The notes: generated by a model not told the origin, from the sequence alone. Positions 39,872 through 52,600 are shown, numbered from the stretch's first letter. The stretch is DNA of 64,000 nucleotides from Eledone cirrhosa (GCA_964016885.1 OZ024741.1:345340001-345404000); one strand, 5' to 3'. Numbers and translations are program-made.

Positions 39872-40429
39872 TAATCAAGAGAAACCATGCCACAGTGAAA
39901 TTTGTGGAAAAGCTTTCACCTTGGTCTGGAATGGATTTAGAAAATTTCAAATGAATTCACACATTTAATTTCTAAAAGAACCCATTCAACTAAGTTCAAA
40001 ATTCAGTTATAGCAAAAAATAAATAAAAACAGATCTTATATTCACTGATAAAAGTCATTAAGACTGAAAAATTTATCCATAAAATACTATGTATAATTTT
40101 ATATGCATTGTTTGGCCTTCCAATCATTTAAATTTATTGTATGGACACAATGCTTTCAAAAACTCCCTCGAAACTCAACATAAGGTTTTTGTTTCAAATG
40201 ATTTTAGAAAAGAAAAAAAAAAGGGAGAGTGAATATTATATTTGACATTCATTATAAGCATGAATCTGTGAATGCATGGAGTCTGTGTCAGTGAGGAAAG
40301 ACACGTGGTTTGAAGGTGGCACCCTTCCTCTTAGGCCTATAGTGTTTTTCCTTTACTCTTGGATTAAGGAATTGACTTCAGTCCAGTTTTGTGTTGAAGA
40401 ACTGGGGATGAACCATAAGCACAGCTGTT

Positions 40430-40900
40430 GATTATAGCAGCTATGTTAGGGAAATATATGCACCTTGCTGGTCCAGGGAAGATTGTTGTGATCAACGAAA
40501 CAGTCTTCTCAAGACATAAGTACAACCGAGGAAGGGTCCTACCTGAACATTTGGTTTTCAGAGGAGTGTGTCGCGAGACCAGACAGGTTTTTCTGTATAC
40601 GGTGCCATGTCGGAATCGTGACACACTGGAAGAATGCATACGTCACTCGATTCTTCCAGGAACCACAATTTTCAGCAATTTGCAGAGAGCATACTCTCAC
40701 ATTCCTGAAATTGATGGTTACAATTTTGATCATAGAACAGTGAACCAGAGCGTTGGGTTTGTTAAGATGCTACCCACACTCAACAAGTGGAGAGTATATG
40801 TCCTCTGTAAAGCGAGATAATAAACGATGCTGTGGCACCATTCTATGGTAAATTCATATCTCTCAGAATTTATGTGGCACAGGATATATGAAAATTGATT
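40430..40900 (+). pseudogene. Merlin/ISXO2-like transposase fragment
   Basis: GPGKIVVINET..KYNRGR..VFRGVCRET..VP.RN..ILPGTTIFS..HRTVN.S. Confidence 0.8.
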
Positions 40901-41011
40901 TGTTCGAGAAATTGATTGAATGCATTTCTAACTTTTGTTTTCAATTTTTAAAATATCTAATTTATAATATGCCAGTTTGTTTTTAGATAAATATTTTAAG
41001 TTTGTACTATA

Positions 41012-41236
41012 CCCTTTAGCATTTAAACCAGCTATATCCGGCCAGAATTCTCTCACCATTTCTGTTCAAACTGGCTGTAACCAGCTGCTTATACTGATAT
41101 TAAGGTATTGTTCTCAATATTAATAACATCAAAATCTCATAGATTTGAAATTTTGTGAGATAACTATGTAAGATAAAACCTTTACCACAAAAATACAATA
41201 GTATATACAGTATAGAGTAATGTAAATGCTAAAGGG
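41012..41236. mobile_element. piggyBac-type MITE
   Basis: CCCTTTAGCATTTA ... TAAATGCTAAAGGG|TTAA. Confidence 0.75.
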
Positions 41237-41400
41237 TTAAATGTTTTTTAAGCATATTTAATTTGTAATATGTTACTTATTGCATTAAATGCATATTGCT
41301 TCCAAATCTGTTTCCTGACTGGGTGAAAATGATCAAACTTTAAACCTCTATAACTTTTTAAAAACATTTTTCTGGAAAAAATGAAATAACTCCAGCAATT

Positions 41401-42125
41401 CAGCTTGGAAAACTACATTAATATGTGCCATATTTAAACATTTTTGATAAATTTTAAAAACCGAAAGATCCACTCCTTGTCATAAAAGACTGTGTTGAAT
41501 GTTACGGGTGGTATTTTAAACCGGTAAAAACATACGTAGCTGGAGGTGCATTTTGTCGCACTGGATACCCTTTGTAATAAAAGACTTATGCCTGGTATTT
41601 TAAACCAATAACAACATACGTAGATGCAAAACAAGTCAGGCCATGACAAAATTGTGCACAAACCATGTGCTATGCAGTCCTACTCTCAGTACATGGAAAG
41701 TGGGGAGGTTAGACAGAACAGACAAGCAAATGACTTATTACATGTCGCCAAGTGGTGGAAGAGAGTTTTTTACTTTTTCAAAGTATGTTTCTGCAATACC
41801 CTGGTCATTTGGAAAGCCAAATCAACTCGCTGGATCATTACTGAAAATTGCCCAGTCGGATTCTGCGAATACTTAATACAAGACATTAACCTGAGATGGG
41901 TTGTCAGTGCAAATAACATTAATAGAAGAGCAGAAGTCAATGTTTAACAAACTTACAGATAAAGAATACGAAATACAAGAAATCAACACTGCAGAAGACA
42001 CACCATTGGGAGGAAAGAATACAATGGGAGGTGTGAATACGACTTCATTAAAAAAATGATGAAGAAGTGCAACAGCACAGACATGGGAGACATTATAAGA
42101 TTCTGACAAACGAAGCCAAATACAG
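41401..42125 (+). pseudogene. Second copy of the 22551-23030 piggyBac remnant, interrupted by a viral insert
   Basis: Starts CAGCTTGGAAAACTACATTAA as at 22551; colinear apart from extra sequence at ~41520-41600 and 41818-41999. Confidence 0.85.
41818..41999 (+). pseudogene. NS1: Parvoviral NS1 snippet (motif III region)
   Basis: CPVGFCEYLIQD.NLRWVVSANNIN..(F)NKLTDKEYEI versus EVE2 NPYGLCKYLTSDKEKRETIAATNIN..RALTDKEIQI. Confidence 0.7.
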
Positions 42126-42299
42126 AACACAATGGGACAATATTTACCGAAACACACCAAACTTAATGAATATTATATCAGCAGCAACAATCGATACATC
42201 GAAACCAAAGTAACAACAGAGAAATAAAGAAATATTTTTACCGAAATGACTGCCACATACCACGATATACAAACATCACTCAATATACTAGACCATTGG
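42126..42299 (+). pseudogene. NS1: Parvoviral NS1 snippet (linker before the helicase)
   Basis: QWDNIYRNTPNLMNIISAAT..HDIQTSLNILDHW versus EVE2 EWNDIYRNTPNLISIINAAA..HSVQTSLNIFTEW. Confidence 0.8.
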
Positions 42300-42855
42300 T
42301 TCCCAACCAGTGGGCCATAGCAAGTTATTGGGGGAGCCACTGGAATTAACTAAAAATCACAAAATTTCATACATAAAAAGAAGAATAGTTTACTAACATA
42401 ATTTTTTCTTTTTCTTGCTTCAAATTTTTATATTCAACTTTTTATCAACTTTCTACCTTTTCTAATTATGATTTTATTTCACTTGATAATTATTTAAATC
42501 TGGATATAACAATTTATGTTTTAGTAAAGAAACTTATTTTTATAACGGGATATATATTATTTATTTTAGTGAATTTCTCAATGAAAAAAAGAAAGTATGA
42601 TGATACATATCTTCATATGGGATTTGTTTGCATGCAAAAGAACAATATTGATTTGCCTCAATGTGTAACTTGTTTCAAGGTATGAGGCCCTAAGCTCAAA
42701 TTACATCTTTCAAAATGTCACCCTGAACTACCTGGAAAAGATGAATCTTTTTTTAAAAGGAAATCAGATGGTTTAAAAAATCAAAAGCTTGATGTAAGTG
42801 GTACTAATCATGAGACCAAGGCCACTATTGTTGAAGCTTCCTATCGTGTTGCTTG
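42292..42855 (+). mobile_element. hAT (Buster/ZBED8-like) 5' end
   Basis: CATTGGTTCCCAACC TIR-like start; MKKRKYDDTYLHMGF..PQCV.C..KL.LHL..HPEL..FFKRK..VEASYRVA. Confidence 0.8.
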
Positions 42856-43279
42856 TAATGTCACATTTTTGTACGCTCCTGTGGCAAATAAAGAAATATA
42901 TCTATGTATCTATCTATCTGGGATGGACACACGCGTGAAACTTGCTGGGTAAGTTCTGCCTAAATTTCTATCGAAATTCCTAACTGTGAACCTTCATTTT
43001 TATATCAACTTGTAGAGGGACTGCCAGGTCAAATTTTGATCTGGTCAGTCTCTCAAAATATTCTACGCCTTTAGGCGAAATAGTACATAAAAAGTTTTTT
43101 TTTTGGAAAAGCTAACATTTTTTAAAAAAGGCTGAAGTTTCTTCACCAACATTCAAAGGAGGAAAGGGAAAGATATGCTTACAGCTTCCCCCTGCCACTG
43201 TCATAGTAGCAGATGTCAAAGACAAAGGTCAGCCTGAAGTAGAATTTTCTCCACTTGCTGACTGACAACTTGACGTTGC

Positions 43280-43910
43280 CATGGCAACAAATCAAAACAA
43301 CACAACCAGCAGCACCAGCAACAACAACAACGCTATGAAGGAAAACAACTTCACAAATGAATTCCGCAACCACAGATCAAGGAATTGAAAACTACAAAAA
43401 CAACAACAACGACGACAATGACAACACCAACAGCAGCAACAATAATGACAACAACACCAACAAGAACAACCCCACAAACAAGGAAAAGAAAAGGTCTCGT
43501 TTGCACAAACTGTCCAAAATACAGAACTATATACACAGATTGGCATCTCTAATGCCGGAGAATTGCTAAGAGATGCCAAGCAATATATAACTTTTGAGGA
43601 GAATGGCACTTTTAGCATCACTTCAAGAATTGCGTAGAGACACTGTCCTGAAGACCATAGTTTTTAGGACAATCTCAAATACCATCAGAAAACCAGCTCA
43701 ATTAACTCAAAACGAAATTGAGATGGTTCTAAAAAACTCCACGAAGGACATTGCCTTCATACAGAAGGGAAAACTCTTCGGGAGTTTTTCAATAATAATG
43801 AAAGACTAATTGACGGCACAGAAATAGTCTGTGTTGCCAATTGTGTCCCCCCTCTACACCTTTTTCACCACATACATGGGAAAAAGGAGCCAAAAAATAA
43901 AAATAACAAA
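43280..43910 (+). pseudogene. Probable LINE ORF1 (Tx1/L1-like) 5' fragment
   Basis: Low-complexity N/Q/T-rich N-terminus from ATG ~43281 followed by a disrupted globular region; identity tentative. Confidence 0.35.
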
Positions 43911-43962
43911 TATCACACCAAATGTAAACATCTGGTTTCATCAATTTTGATGAAGACAGTAA

Positions 43963-44198
43963 TATCAAACCACATCGATGGCATCGGTACAAAATTACTA
44001 TACCAGGGCACCTCTTCTGAAAGTGAAATCACTGGTCAGCAGTGATCCTCACATCGTCTCGCTAACTACCTATAATACAATGTAATAAAGTCCGCTACTT
44101 CAACGAATGTGAGGATCACTGCTGACCAGTGATTTCACTTTCAGAAGAGGTGCCCTGGTATAGTAATTTCGTACCGATGCCATCGATGTGGTTTGATA
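43963..44198. repeat. Inverted repeat, ~95-bp arms and ~45-bp spacer
   Basis: TATCAAACCACATCGATGGCATCGGTAC..CCTCACAT / ATGTGAGG..GTACCGATGCCATCGATGTGGTTTGATA. Confidence 0.9.
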
Positions 44199-44689
44199 GT
44201 TTTCAGATTGCATCATATTTATTTGGACATTCAAAACTTTGATGTTATTAGCAATGAAACTCTGGATCCTAATCTTGCAGTTGACTTGCTGGAACTCAAA
44301 GAGAATGTGTAGTGATAGACAACATTGTAGTGACCTACATTCCACGGGCTCTCATACATTCTCTGTGCGTGATTTGGCTCAGCTCAGTCAATCAGCGCCA
44401 GCAGAAGTGAATGTATCCCTACACGCCCTGAGGGAGAAATTCCCTGCGAGGATTTGAAGAATCAGCCTCTCGCATCCTGAACTTCGAAGGAACGACACAT
44501 ATAATATGTAACAGTGAGATTTGCACTTTGGCCTGCCTCGAGCCTGGTACAATGGCACATTCCTTTTATAATCCTTTTATGTTTAACTACAATCATACAA
44601 ATTAACAAACATTACTTTCTCACTACATCTAAATAAAACTGCTACAACATGTTTGTCACACACCACATCAATTCTTGTTATAAATGCGC

Positions 44690-45306
44690 TATTGATGGGA
44701 AAAAAATGGAACACGAGGGCCTTCTCGGCTGGCTTAATGTGGAAAAAATGTTTCCAAACCTTTATGATCAAGCCTTTCCTTTTATTCTCTTTTCCTACAA
44801 CGTGGCTTGTTGAATCTGGTTTTTCCACGCTAAATGATATTTTTTTTGAGAAAAAGAAACCTTCTTCAAACCATCAACCGGGGAGATTTGCGGCTCAAGT
44901 TGAACCAATCCTTTGAAGTCCAAATCGACAGTCTTGTTGAAAGACATCAGGAGCAGTGCAGCCACTAGCACTGAGCATTGTTAAAATGACCATTAAATTT
45001 TTTCTTATTTTTTATTGACTTTTTATCAAGAATTCGTGTTCTTCACTCGTGAAATTTAAATGCAGTCGGGATCATATGGGGGTAAGTGTTCCAGAATGCT
45101 CTTTAAGCACTGACCCTGGCAATTTCTAGGGAGTAAAGTGGGCCGGGAGAACAAAAAGATTGAGAAGCACTAGTTTATGTATCATGTGGGGGTTATAGTC
45201 CAGAATAGTTTTTGAGCACTAGTTTACGCTTGTAAAATAAGTGGGCCCGGACATTTTTCGGGAGCTAAAAGTGGGCCCGGGGGTCAAAAAGGTTGAGAAA
45301 CACTGG
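44690..45306 (+). mobile_element. hAT (Buster/Charlie) 3' end
   Basis: FPTTWLVESGFS..RGDLRLKL dimerisation domain; right TIR-like AAAAGGTTGAGAAACACTG at ~45288-45305. Confidence 0.8.
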
Positions 45307-45309
45307 TTT

Positions 45310-46115
45310 AGACTTAGTCTACACTTATATAGATGATCTTCTGGTTGCTAGTTCCTCAAGTGAAGAACATATGCGTCATCTGAATCTTTTATTCTATCGA
45401 CTACGGGATTACAGCGTTCAAATAAATCTCGCAAAATGTGTTTTTGGTGCGGAATCTCTGAATTTTTTAGGTCATGTCATCGACGCCGAGGGTATTCGAC
45501 CCCTCTCTCAACGAGTGAAGCCATTCAGGATTTGCCTCCGCCTACCTCACTTCGCCAGTTACGTCAATTCTTGGGACTGATAAATTTTTATAGACGTTTC
45601 GTTCCTCAGTGTGCTAAACTACTCTTTTCTCTTACCGAGATTTTAAAAAATTGTCGCAAGAAGAATAAGGAAATTTCTTTGACTCAAACTCAGCTCGAAG
45701 ATTTTCAGAATGCCAAAACAGCATTGGCTAGTGCATCTTTGCTAGCCCACCCAGTGTCCAATGCCAAGCTTTCGCTTTGTGTTGATGCATCGGATACTGC
45801 AGTGGGTGCAGTCTTTGGAATTTCTCTCCAGGAAGCTGAAACCAGCAGAAACTTACTACAGCACCTTCAGTCAGGAGCTGTTAGCCATATACCTTTCCGT
45901 GAAACATTTTTCGCATATGCTTGAAGGAAGGAATTTTACAATCTTTACTGACCACAAACCTTTGACTTTCGCTTTGAGGGCAAAGTCCGACAAATACTCG
46001 CCCAGAGAGACAAGGCACCTCGACTTTATTTCGCAGTTCACCAATGACATCCAGCATATCCCAGGCTCACTGAATACAGCGGCCGACGCCCTGTCACGAT
46101 TGGCGATCAGTTTGA
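45310..46115 (+). pseudogene. Gypsy/Ty3 LTR retrotransposon pol fragment (RT-RNase H)
   Basis: YIDDLLVAS, KCVFG..FLGH, LRQFLGLINFYRRF, VDASDTAVGA, ELLAIY..FTDHKPL, N.AADALSR. Confidence 0.93.
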
Positions 46116-46248
46116 TCTCGTCATCCCAAAAGTTTTGTTTTTCTCTATTGGCTTTTTTGCCAATTTTTTTCCCACAGACTTGTTTATGGGGTGCCTGACT
46201 TGACCCTCAAGGAAGGTGACCCCATAATATTCAGACCGTTGGCTAAAT

Positions 46249-46815
46249 ACAGTGCATCTTTGCTTATCCGGATATCGCTTTTCTGAAATTCGATTTACGG
46301 ACGGCTATTTCTATACTACAAACAATGTGTATTTGAAGGTTGTTTATGAAGGTTTATGTTTATCTGATGGTTTATGAAGTTTATAGAAAACGCGCCTAGT
46401 GCCGGTTGGCTACTTGTGCCTAGCCGTCACATGCAGCTAACACATGGCGTGTATTGATTTCTTTTATTTGATTGACTGTTTAAAAGCTAAGAAAACTAAC
46501 TTAGCTCTCAGTTAAATATAATGGCTGGAGAAAAGCAAAAGCGAGTTGTTTTGACTATCGCGGATAAGCTCTCTATATGTGATGCATTGAAAAAGAGAAC
46601 AGCTACACCAAATGAACTCGCGAAAAGATACAATGTCGGGACGTCTACAATATCGGATATCAAACGGTCGGAAGCCAAGCTACGCGGATTCGTATCGGAA
46701 AAATTGCAAATTGGTTTGAAGGGAGTGGAAAAGAAAGCGAAATGCCTGAAAACGTCAGACTACGAGCAATTAGACCAGGCATTGTACATTTGGTTCCGAC
46801 AGCTTCGAGAAAAAA
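46249..46815 (+). mobile_element. Tigger/pogo 5' end with CENP-B-type HTH
   Basis: TA-CAGT..CTTATCCGG start; KRVVLTIADKL..LAKRYNVG.STISDIK..LDQALYIWF.Q.R. Confidence 0.85.
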
Positions 46816-47129
46816 AAAAAAAACGTTCCTGTTTCACGACCTATTTTAATGGAAAAGTTGTGTACAGTGTAATTTACTCATCTTGCTTAAACCGGTTTAT
46901 AAATTCTAGCTGTTCTTTTGTTATTCTAATAAACTTCGTTACTTAACATTTATCTTTTATTTTGACTAAAAGAAGCCAAAACATTAGAAACCATGAGCAT
47001 TATGTAACAATGGGATTGTAGAATTCACTTGTAGCAAGAGTTGCCTCCCTTGTTATGACGTCAGATCAGCAGCAGCGCTTGTACAAATAAAATAGTCTAA
47101 CTGCAGCGTTCGAAGAAGCCAGATGTTAA

Positions 47130-47560
47130 TAGTTTTGCAGCAACTGTTGTCTAGGAATCGGAATATTTTGAGATGGATATATACATAGACAAAAGTCTCA
47201 TACACTGACAAAATGTGGTTTACCACAAATATTGAAGAGGTAAAATGCATTCTTAAAGGTACGCCTACATATATAAACCTTAAGCAACAACCAGAAAGGA
47301 TACTGAAAAGAACACCATCTTTAAGCACCAGCAGCACCAAACCATGAAATAGAATTATGCATGAAGTCATCCTCAACAGGCTTTTACTACTCGAAAAGCA
47401 CAAACCCATGCCAAAACTGAAAAAAATAGGGAATGATCAAATTAAACCCACTCAAAAGGGAGAAACAGTAATATATCACCCTGCAGAAAGTAAAGACACA
47501 AACTTTCATTTAAACTTCATATGGGTTTCACTTAATAGACCAGGAGGAAATCAACAATTT
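47130..47560 (+). pseudogene. NS1: Two parvoviral NS1 snippets: helicase B-C region, then an HUH-region piece
   Basis: TDKMWF..EEVKCILKGTP..ERILKRTPSLSTS..NRL; then ETVIYHP..FIWVSLNRPGGNQ (cf. EVE1 ATVIYHP..IVRPGENQ). Confidence 0.75.
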
Positions 47561-48369
47561 TAATACTTGTCTCTTCACCAAATTTAAAAAAAAACAAAAA
47601 AACAAAAAAAAAAAAACACTTGGCTTATTATTTTAGTCCACAGTGTAGGCCTGAGAGAAACCATACCACAGTGAAATTTGTGGAGAAACTTTTACCTTGA
47701 TTAAAAATGACCCCCAAAACAGTCCCAATGTCTGGGGTGGTCAAATAAAGCAGTAAGATGAGTATTCTAGTTACAATAAATTGTGTTTATGTATTTATTA
47801 CACTAACACTTACCAAGAAGGATTGTCATTGTGTCCAAAATCTTGGTGCTTGGTTTGCAATAAAACCTAAATTACATAGAAATACCAGTCTACCAGATAC
47901 TTGGGCACAAAAGTGATTTGTTGATAATTATATAATTAGATCATTCTTTCACAAGGTATGCCCAACTTCAATAAAATTATAACTGTGATACCAGGTCGAT
48001 CTCAACAGTCTACTATCATTACTGCAAGTGTGTGGCGAATGCAGCAGACTGGTTTTAGAACACTTCCAGTAGCTATCTGCTTCTTGTACCCCATCTGCTA
48101 TATGTGGCATGACACTGACATGTATGCCATGACATTTTCCCTCGCTGGCAGCAGTGGAAACTTTGATGGTTTCCAACCTGGCCACCTCAAAGTGTTGTTA
48201 TCCTTCCTATCAGCTGAAGCCTTCTGTGTGCAATTGTGGCACTCAACAGGTTAATCCATGGCGCCCTGGGTCCTACATCCGAGGCTTCTTTTCAGCAGTG
48301 GCGAAGGTGGCAAATGCCGACTGAGCGCTTGCAAAAAAAAAAAAAAAAAAAAAAAAAAATTGTAATTTG

Positions 48370-49312
48370 AGCGATATCCAAAAATACCTCCCCCATGCCT
48401 AGGGCTAAATAACTTCGCTGTTCGCTGCTGATATGAGGCTAAATAACTTCGATGCTGGCTGCTGAAATGAGGCTATTCCAACAAATTTACATTCCCTTTT
48501 TTTTAGCCGTTAAAAGAAATATAGATTTATTTATTTATTTGAAACGTTTTTGTTAGTTTCATTGTTTTGTTTTTTTGGCGATATTTTTGTTAGTTTTTTT
48601 TTTTTTTTAGTTTCTTTTTTTTTGGCGTTTTTTGCCAGGTTTTTTTTTTATAGATTTATTTATTTATTTTTAACGTTTTTGTTAGTTTTTGTTTTGTTTT
48701 TATGTCACAAACATTGCTCTCCGACGCTCTACCGATAATAGTAAGTATTAGTGGTTGTAATAAAAATGCAATCAAAATGTAATAAATACCTTCACTGATT
48801 TCTTTCCTTATATTATCAACAGAAGTTGGTATGTCACCCAAAGTTTCTAATTCCTTCTCCACAGTAAGACAAATATCCATGTAGTTGAAGAGGATAAGTA
48901 TGAAAGAACAGTCATTGGTAAAGTGTTCTATGAATGTTTTCGAACGAATGAATAATTTCAGTTTAAAATCAATTTCACTTTAACTTATATACAAATCAAT
49001 TATAAGATAACAGAACTATGTTATTTCACCTTTAGCAGGGAGCTAGTTATGCCAATTCGTGGAAAATACCCATAAAAAAAAAAAAAAAAAAAAAAAATCG
49101 CCAAAAAAAAAAAAAAAAAAAAAAAGAAACTAACAAAAACGTTTCAAATAAATAAATCTATATTTCTTTTAACGGCTAAAAAAAAGGGAATGTAAATTTG
49201 TTGGAATAGCCTCATTTCAGCAGCCAGCAGCGAAGTTATTTAGCCTCATATCAGCAGCGAACAGCGAAGTTATTTAGCCCTAGGCATGGGGGAGGTATTT
49301 TTGGATATCGCC
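48370..49312. mobile_element. Non-autonomous long-TIR element (Merlin-like) nested in the hAT
   Basis: GCGATATCCAAAAATACCTCCCCC..; TIRs over 200 bp; 8-bp TSD GTAATTTG (48362-48369 and 49313-49320). Confidence 0.8.
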
Positions 49313-49432
49313 GTAATTTGTTTTATTGGGCCAGTTTAAAAATATTAAAGCATTAAAATTGTGTAAGCAACAAATAATTGGTAAGTTCCTTTTATTATTT
49401 CCTATACCTTTTATTATTTCCTATACCCTATA

Positions 49433-49625
49433 AGGGCGGTGAATTGGCAGTATCGGTAGAGGGTCGGACGCCATGATTTGACGTATATAGTTATGGCCCT
49501 TGCCATTCTGAGTTCAAATCTCGCCGAGGTTAACTTTGCCTTTCATCCTTATGGGGTCGATAAAATAAAGTACCAGTAATCTACTGGGTAATTGCTGGCC
49601 TTGTGTCAAAAGTAGAAACAATTAT
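49433..49625 (+). mobile_element. SINE inserted upstream of the hAT transposase, probably in a 5' intron
   Basis: Full SINE; ATTATTTCCTATAC repeated on both sides; GTAAGT near 49382 and TTTGTAG near 49656. Confidence 0.8.
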
Positions 49626-52600
49626 TTCCTATACTTAGTTTATATTTTGTTTGTAGACTGACTCACAATGAATAAGAAGAAGTTTTCATCAGGTGCTGAG
49701 AAACATGCACTCAAAAGAAAAAAGGATTTGGAATCAGCAGGCAAAGCAAAAAATCAAAGATTATTGACTTTTTCTGCGCCCCATAGTGCAGATATTGAGG
49801 ATGTTGCAGAAGAAAATATTCCTACAATATCTACAGGTGAAGCTGAAACTATTCCTGAAGGGGCTGAACCTGTGCTTCCTTCTCAAGTGACTGAACCTGC
49901 TGTAGAAAATATAAGTCTTTCTGAAGTTGAAAATGAACTTTCTGAAATTAGTCAGGCTTCAATGCCATTTTTAAATGACAAAGCACGATTTGACACAGGA
50001 AAGAATAAAGTGAAAGATTACTTGAACATTTTAGTTGAAAGGGGTGCTTGTCAACCTTTGGAAAATGATATGCCTACAGGAGACTATCCCATTATCCATT
50101 CTAGAAAATTCAAGAGCAGTTACTATAATTTTAAAAACCCCCTTGAAGAACGAGTCCACAGATACTGGTTAGCTTATTCATACAAAGGTAATTATTGTTA
50201 CTGCCATCATTGCTGGTTATTTGGTGATGAAGAGGCCAAAAACTCGCCATGGTCAAAGAGTATGAATGATTGGAAGCACATTTCCAAAAGCATTGAAAAA
50301 CACTCTCAATCAAAAATTCATCACAGAGCAGTATATGCCTATAAACAGTTCGCCAAGAATATGTCCATTGGAGTTTCAGTGAAAAAACAAATGGATGCAG
50401 AAGTTCAAAAATGGAAATATGTTCTTAATCATCAGTTCGGACTTTTACGAGAACTTACATGTCTAGGATTGCCATTAAGAGGTCATAGAGAATCCTTGGA
50501 TGCTGATAATCCAGGTGTGTACTTATCAATATTAAGGCACATACGCACAATCGATCCTATTCTTAAACAACATTTTGAGGACAAGGGACAACTCAAATAT
50601 CTGAGCAAAACTATCTTTGAGGAACAAGTCCAGATTCTTTCAAAAAGGACACTTGACAAAATTGTTGATCTTTGCAAGGAAGCCAAATTTTTCAGTGATT
50701 GCTGATTCTACAACTGATATAAGTCATAAGGACCTAGTGGCGGTGTTATTGAGATTTATAAAAATTGACAGACTTGAAAAGTCAGTGGAAATTGTAGAAC
50801 ACTTTGTTGGATATTATCATGTCCTTGATGCTAGTGCAATTGGTATTACCAGTGTCATTGAAAAGGCATTGTTTGAAGAACTTGGCTTGCAGCGCAAACA
50901 TCTTAAAGGACAGGCATATGATGGAGCATCTGTGATGAGTGGGGCATTAGGTGGTGTTCAAGCTTTACTAAAAAAAGAATATGGCACTGGACGGAAATAC
51001 TTTTGTTCCATATGTTCACTGTCCTCCCCACCAACTCAATCTAGTTCTTGAACATGCAGCTCAAAGTGGTACTCCTCCACCTAAATGCTTCTTTGATAAC
51101 ATTCAATCTATCTATGCTTTCTTTGTTAATTCAAATAGACGCTGGAGTCAACTTCTTGATATGGCAAAAAGTCAGGAGAAGAATCTTTTAGAAGCTGTTG
51201 AGAAGGTTATTTCTAATTCAATTGACGATGAAGTTGAAGATGAGCATATATGTGGCTCATCAAGATCCAGAACTTTGAAATCACTCTCTCAGACAAGGTG
51301 GTCAGCCAGACATAATGCAGTTTCTGCTCTCCTGGGAAACTTTCACAATGTCAGTGAATGTCTGGCAGATTTGATAGAAGAAAATCATGACTCAAATGAA
51401 GTAAAACAGGCAACTGATTTGCAAGGGAAAATGGACTGGACTTTTTTCCTATCTCTACTTTGGTGGAACAAAGTGTTAGAAAATATGAATTCAGCTAATC
51501 GTCTTCTACAAGCTAAGACAATTGATTTGAACGTTCAACAGATAAATTGGAAGAACTCAGATGCTATCACAAATTTGAACAATTTGTGGACCAGGCAAAG
51601 AAAGCCTGGAATGACGTGGGATTTGATGCATCTGAAGCTGATTTTAAAATAACGCGAGTAAGGAGAAGAAAGATTATGGATGGTGAAGTTTGTGGTGTTG
51701 AAAGACTAGCTACTGCTTCAGATAGATATCACACTGCAATTTATTTTCAATCACTGGATAGTATGATTGGGGAGATGCGAGCCCGAACTGAAGGAATAAA
51801 AAAAATATCTTCAATCTTTGGATTTTTGAGTCCAAATCGACTGGCTAAATGCTCAGATGATGAACTAAAAACACATGTAGCAACATTGGTAGATAACTTT
51901 CCAAATGAATTCACACTGGAACTCAGAAATGAACTCTTTTCTTTCATTGGCCTCTGTTTTAAAGCTGCGTTTGGCTGTGAAAAGTAAAGTGGGGTTATGC
52001 CATATCTGAAATTTTTACTGAACAATGACTTGTGTGATGTCTTTCCCGAGTTTGACATTCTGGTAAGGCTATTTCTCACTTTACCAATTGGCATAGCAAG
52101 TGCGGAATGCTCTTTCAGTATTCTACGAAGAATTAAAAATTATCTTCGTTCAACGATGGGCCAGGAGAGGCTATCCAGTTTTGCCCTGCTGGCAATTGAA
52201 AACAAAATTACTAAATCAGTAAACTTGGACCACGCTATAACTCATTTTTCAACTGTTAAAGCTCGCAGAGGTCTGCGCATGTAAAAGCAATTTGTGTAAA
52301 AGACTAACATATATACAACTTTATTACTTTATTATTTGTTTACAGTACAGCACATCTGTTTGTTTGTTTCAAATAAAGTGTACTTGTAATTTAATTGTGT
52401 TCTTAATGATTATTGGTAGCTAAATGGGAAATTAAAAAAAAAACTTTTTCAATACTCGCTCGAAAAGAAGGTACTTTAATTTTCACTCTGGGGCCTCCTT
52501 ACTGACCAATGCCGACTGGGCCCTATTCCTTAAATCCGCCACTACTTTTCAGCCAGTCTGACTGCTCACAGGAAGAAAGAGGGTGGCATTTGCCCATTCA

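Larger units (their letters stand above)
48296..52544 (+). mobile_element. Full-length hAT (ZMYM1/Tip100-like) transposon; transposase 49668-52284 with frameshifts
   Basis: Ends CAGTGGCG / CGCCACTA with 8-bp TSD CTTTTCAG (48288-48295 and 52545-52552); TTF zinc finger, LRGHRE, ADSTTDISH, GQAYDGASVMSG, HC..HQLNL, TRWSARH, SAE.SFS.LRRIKNYLRSTMGQERL. Confidence 0.93.

Noticed and set aside
49668-52284. Host ZMYM1-like gene (and ZBED, PGBD4, SETMAR, POGK look-alikes elsewhere)
   Set aside because: TIRs, TSDs and frameshifts show that these are transposon copies, not domesticated genes.
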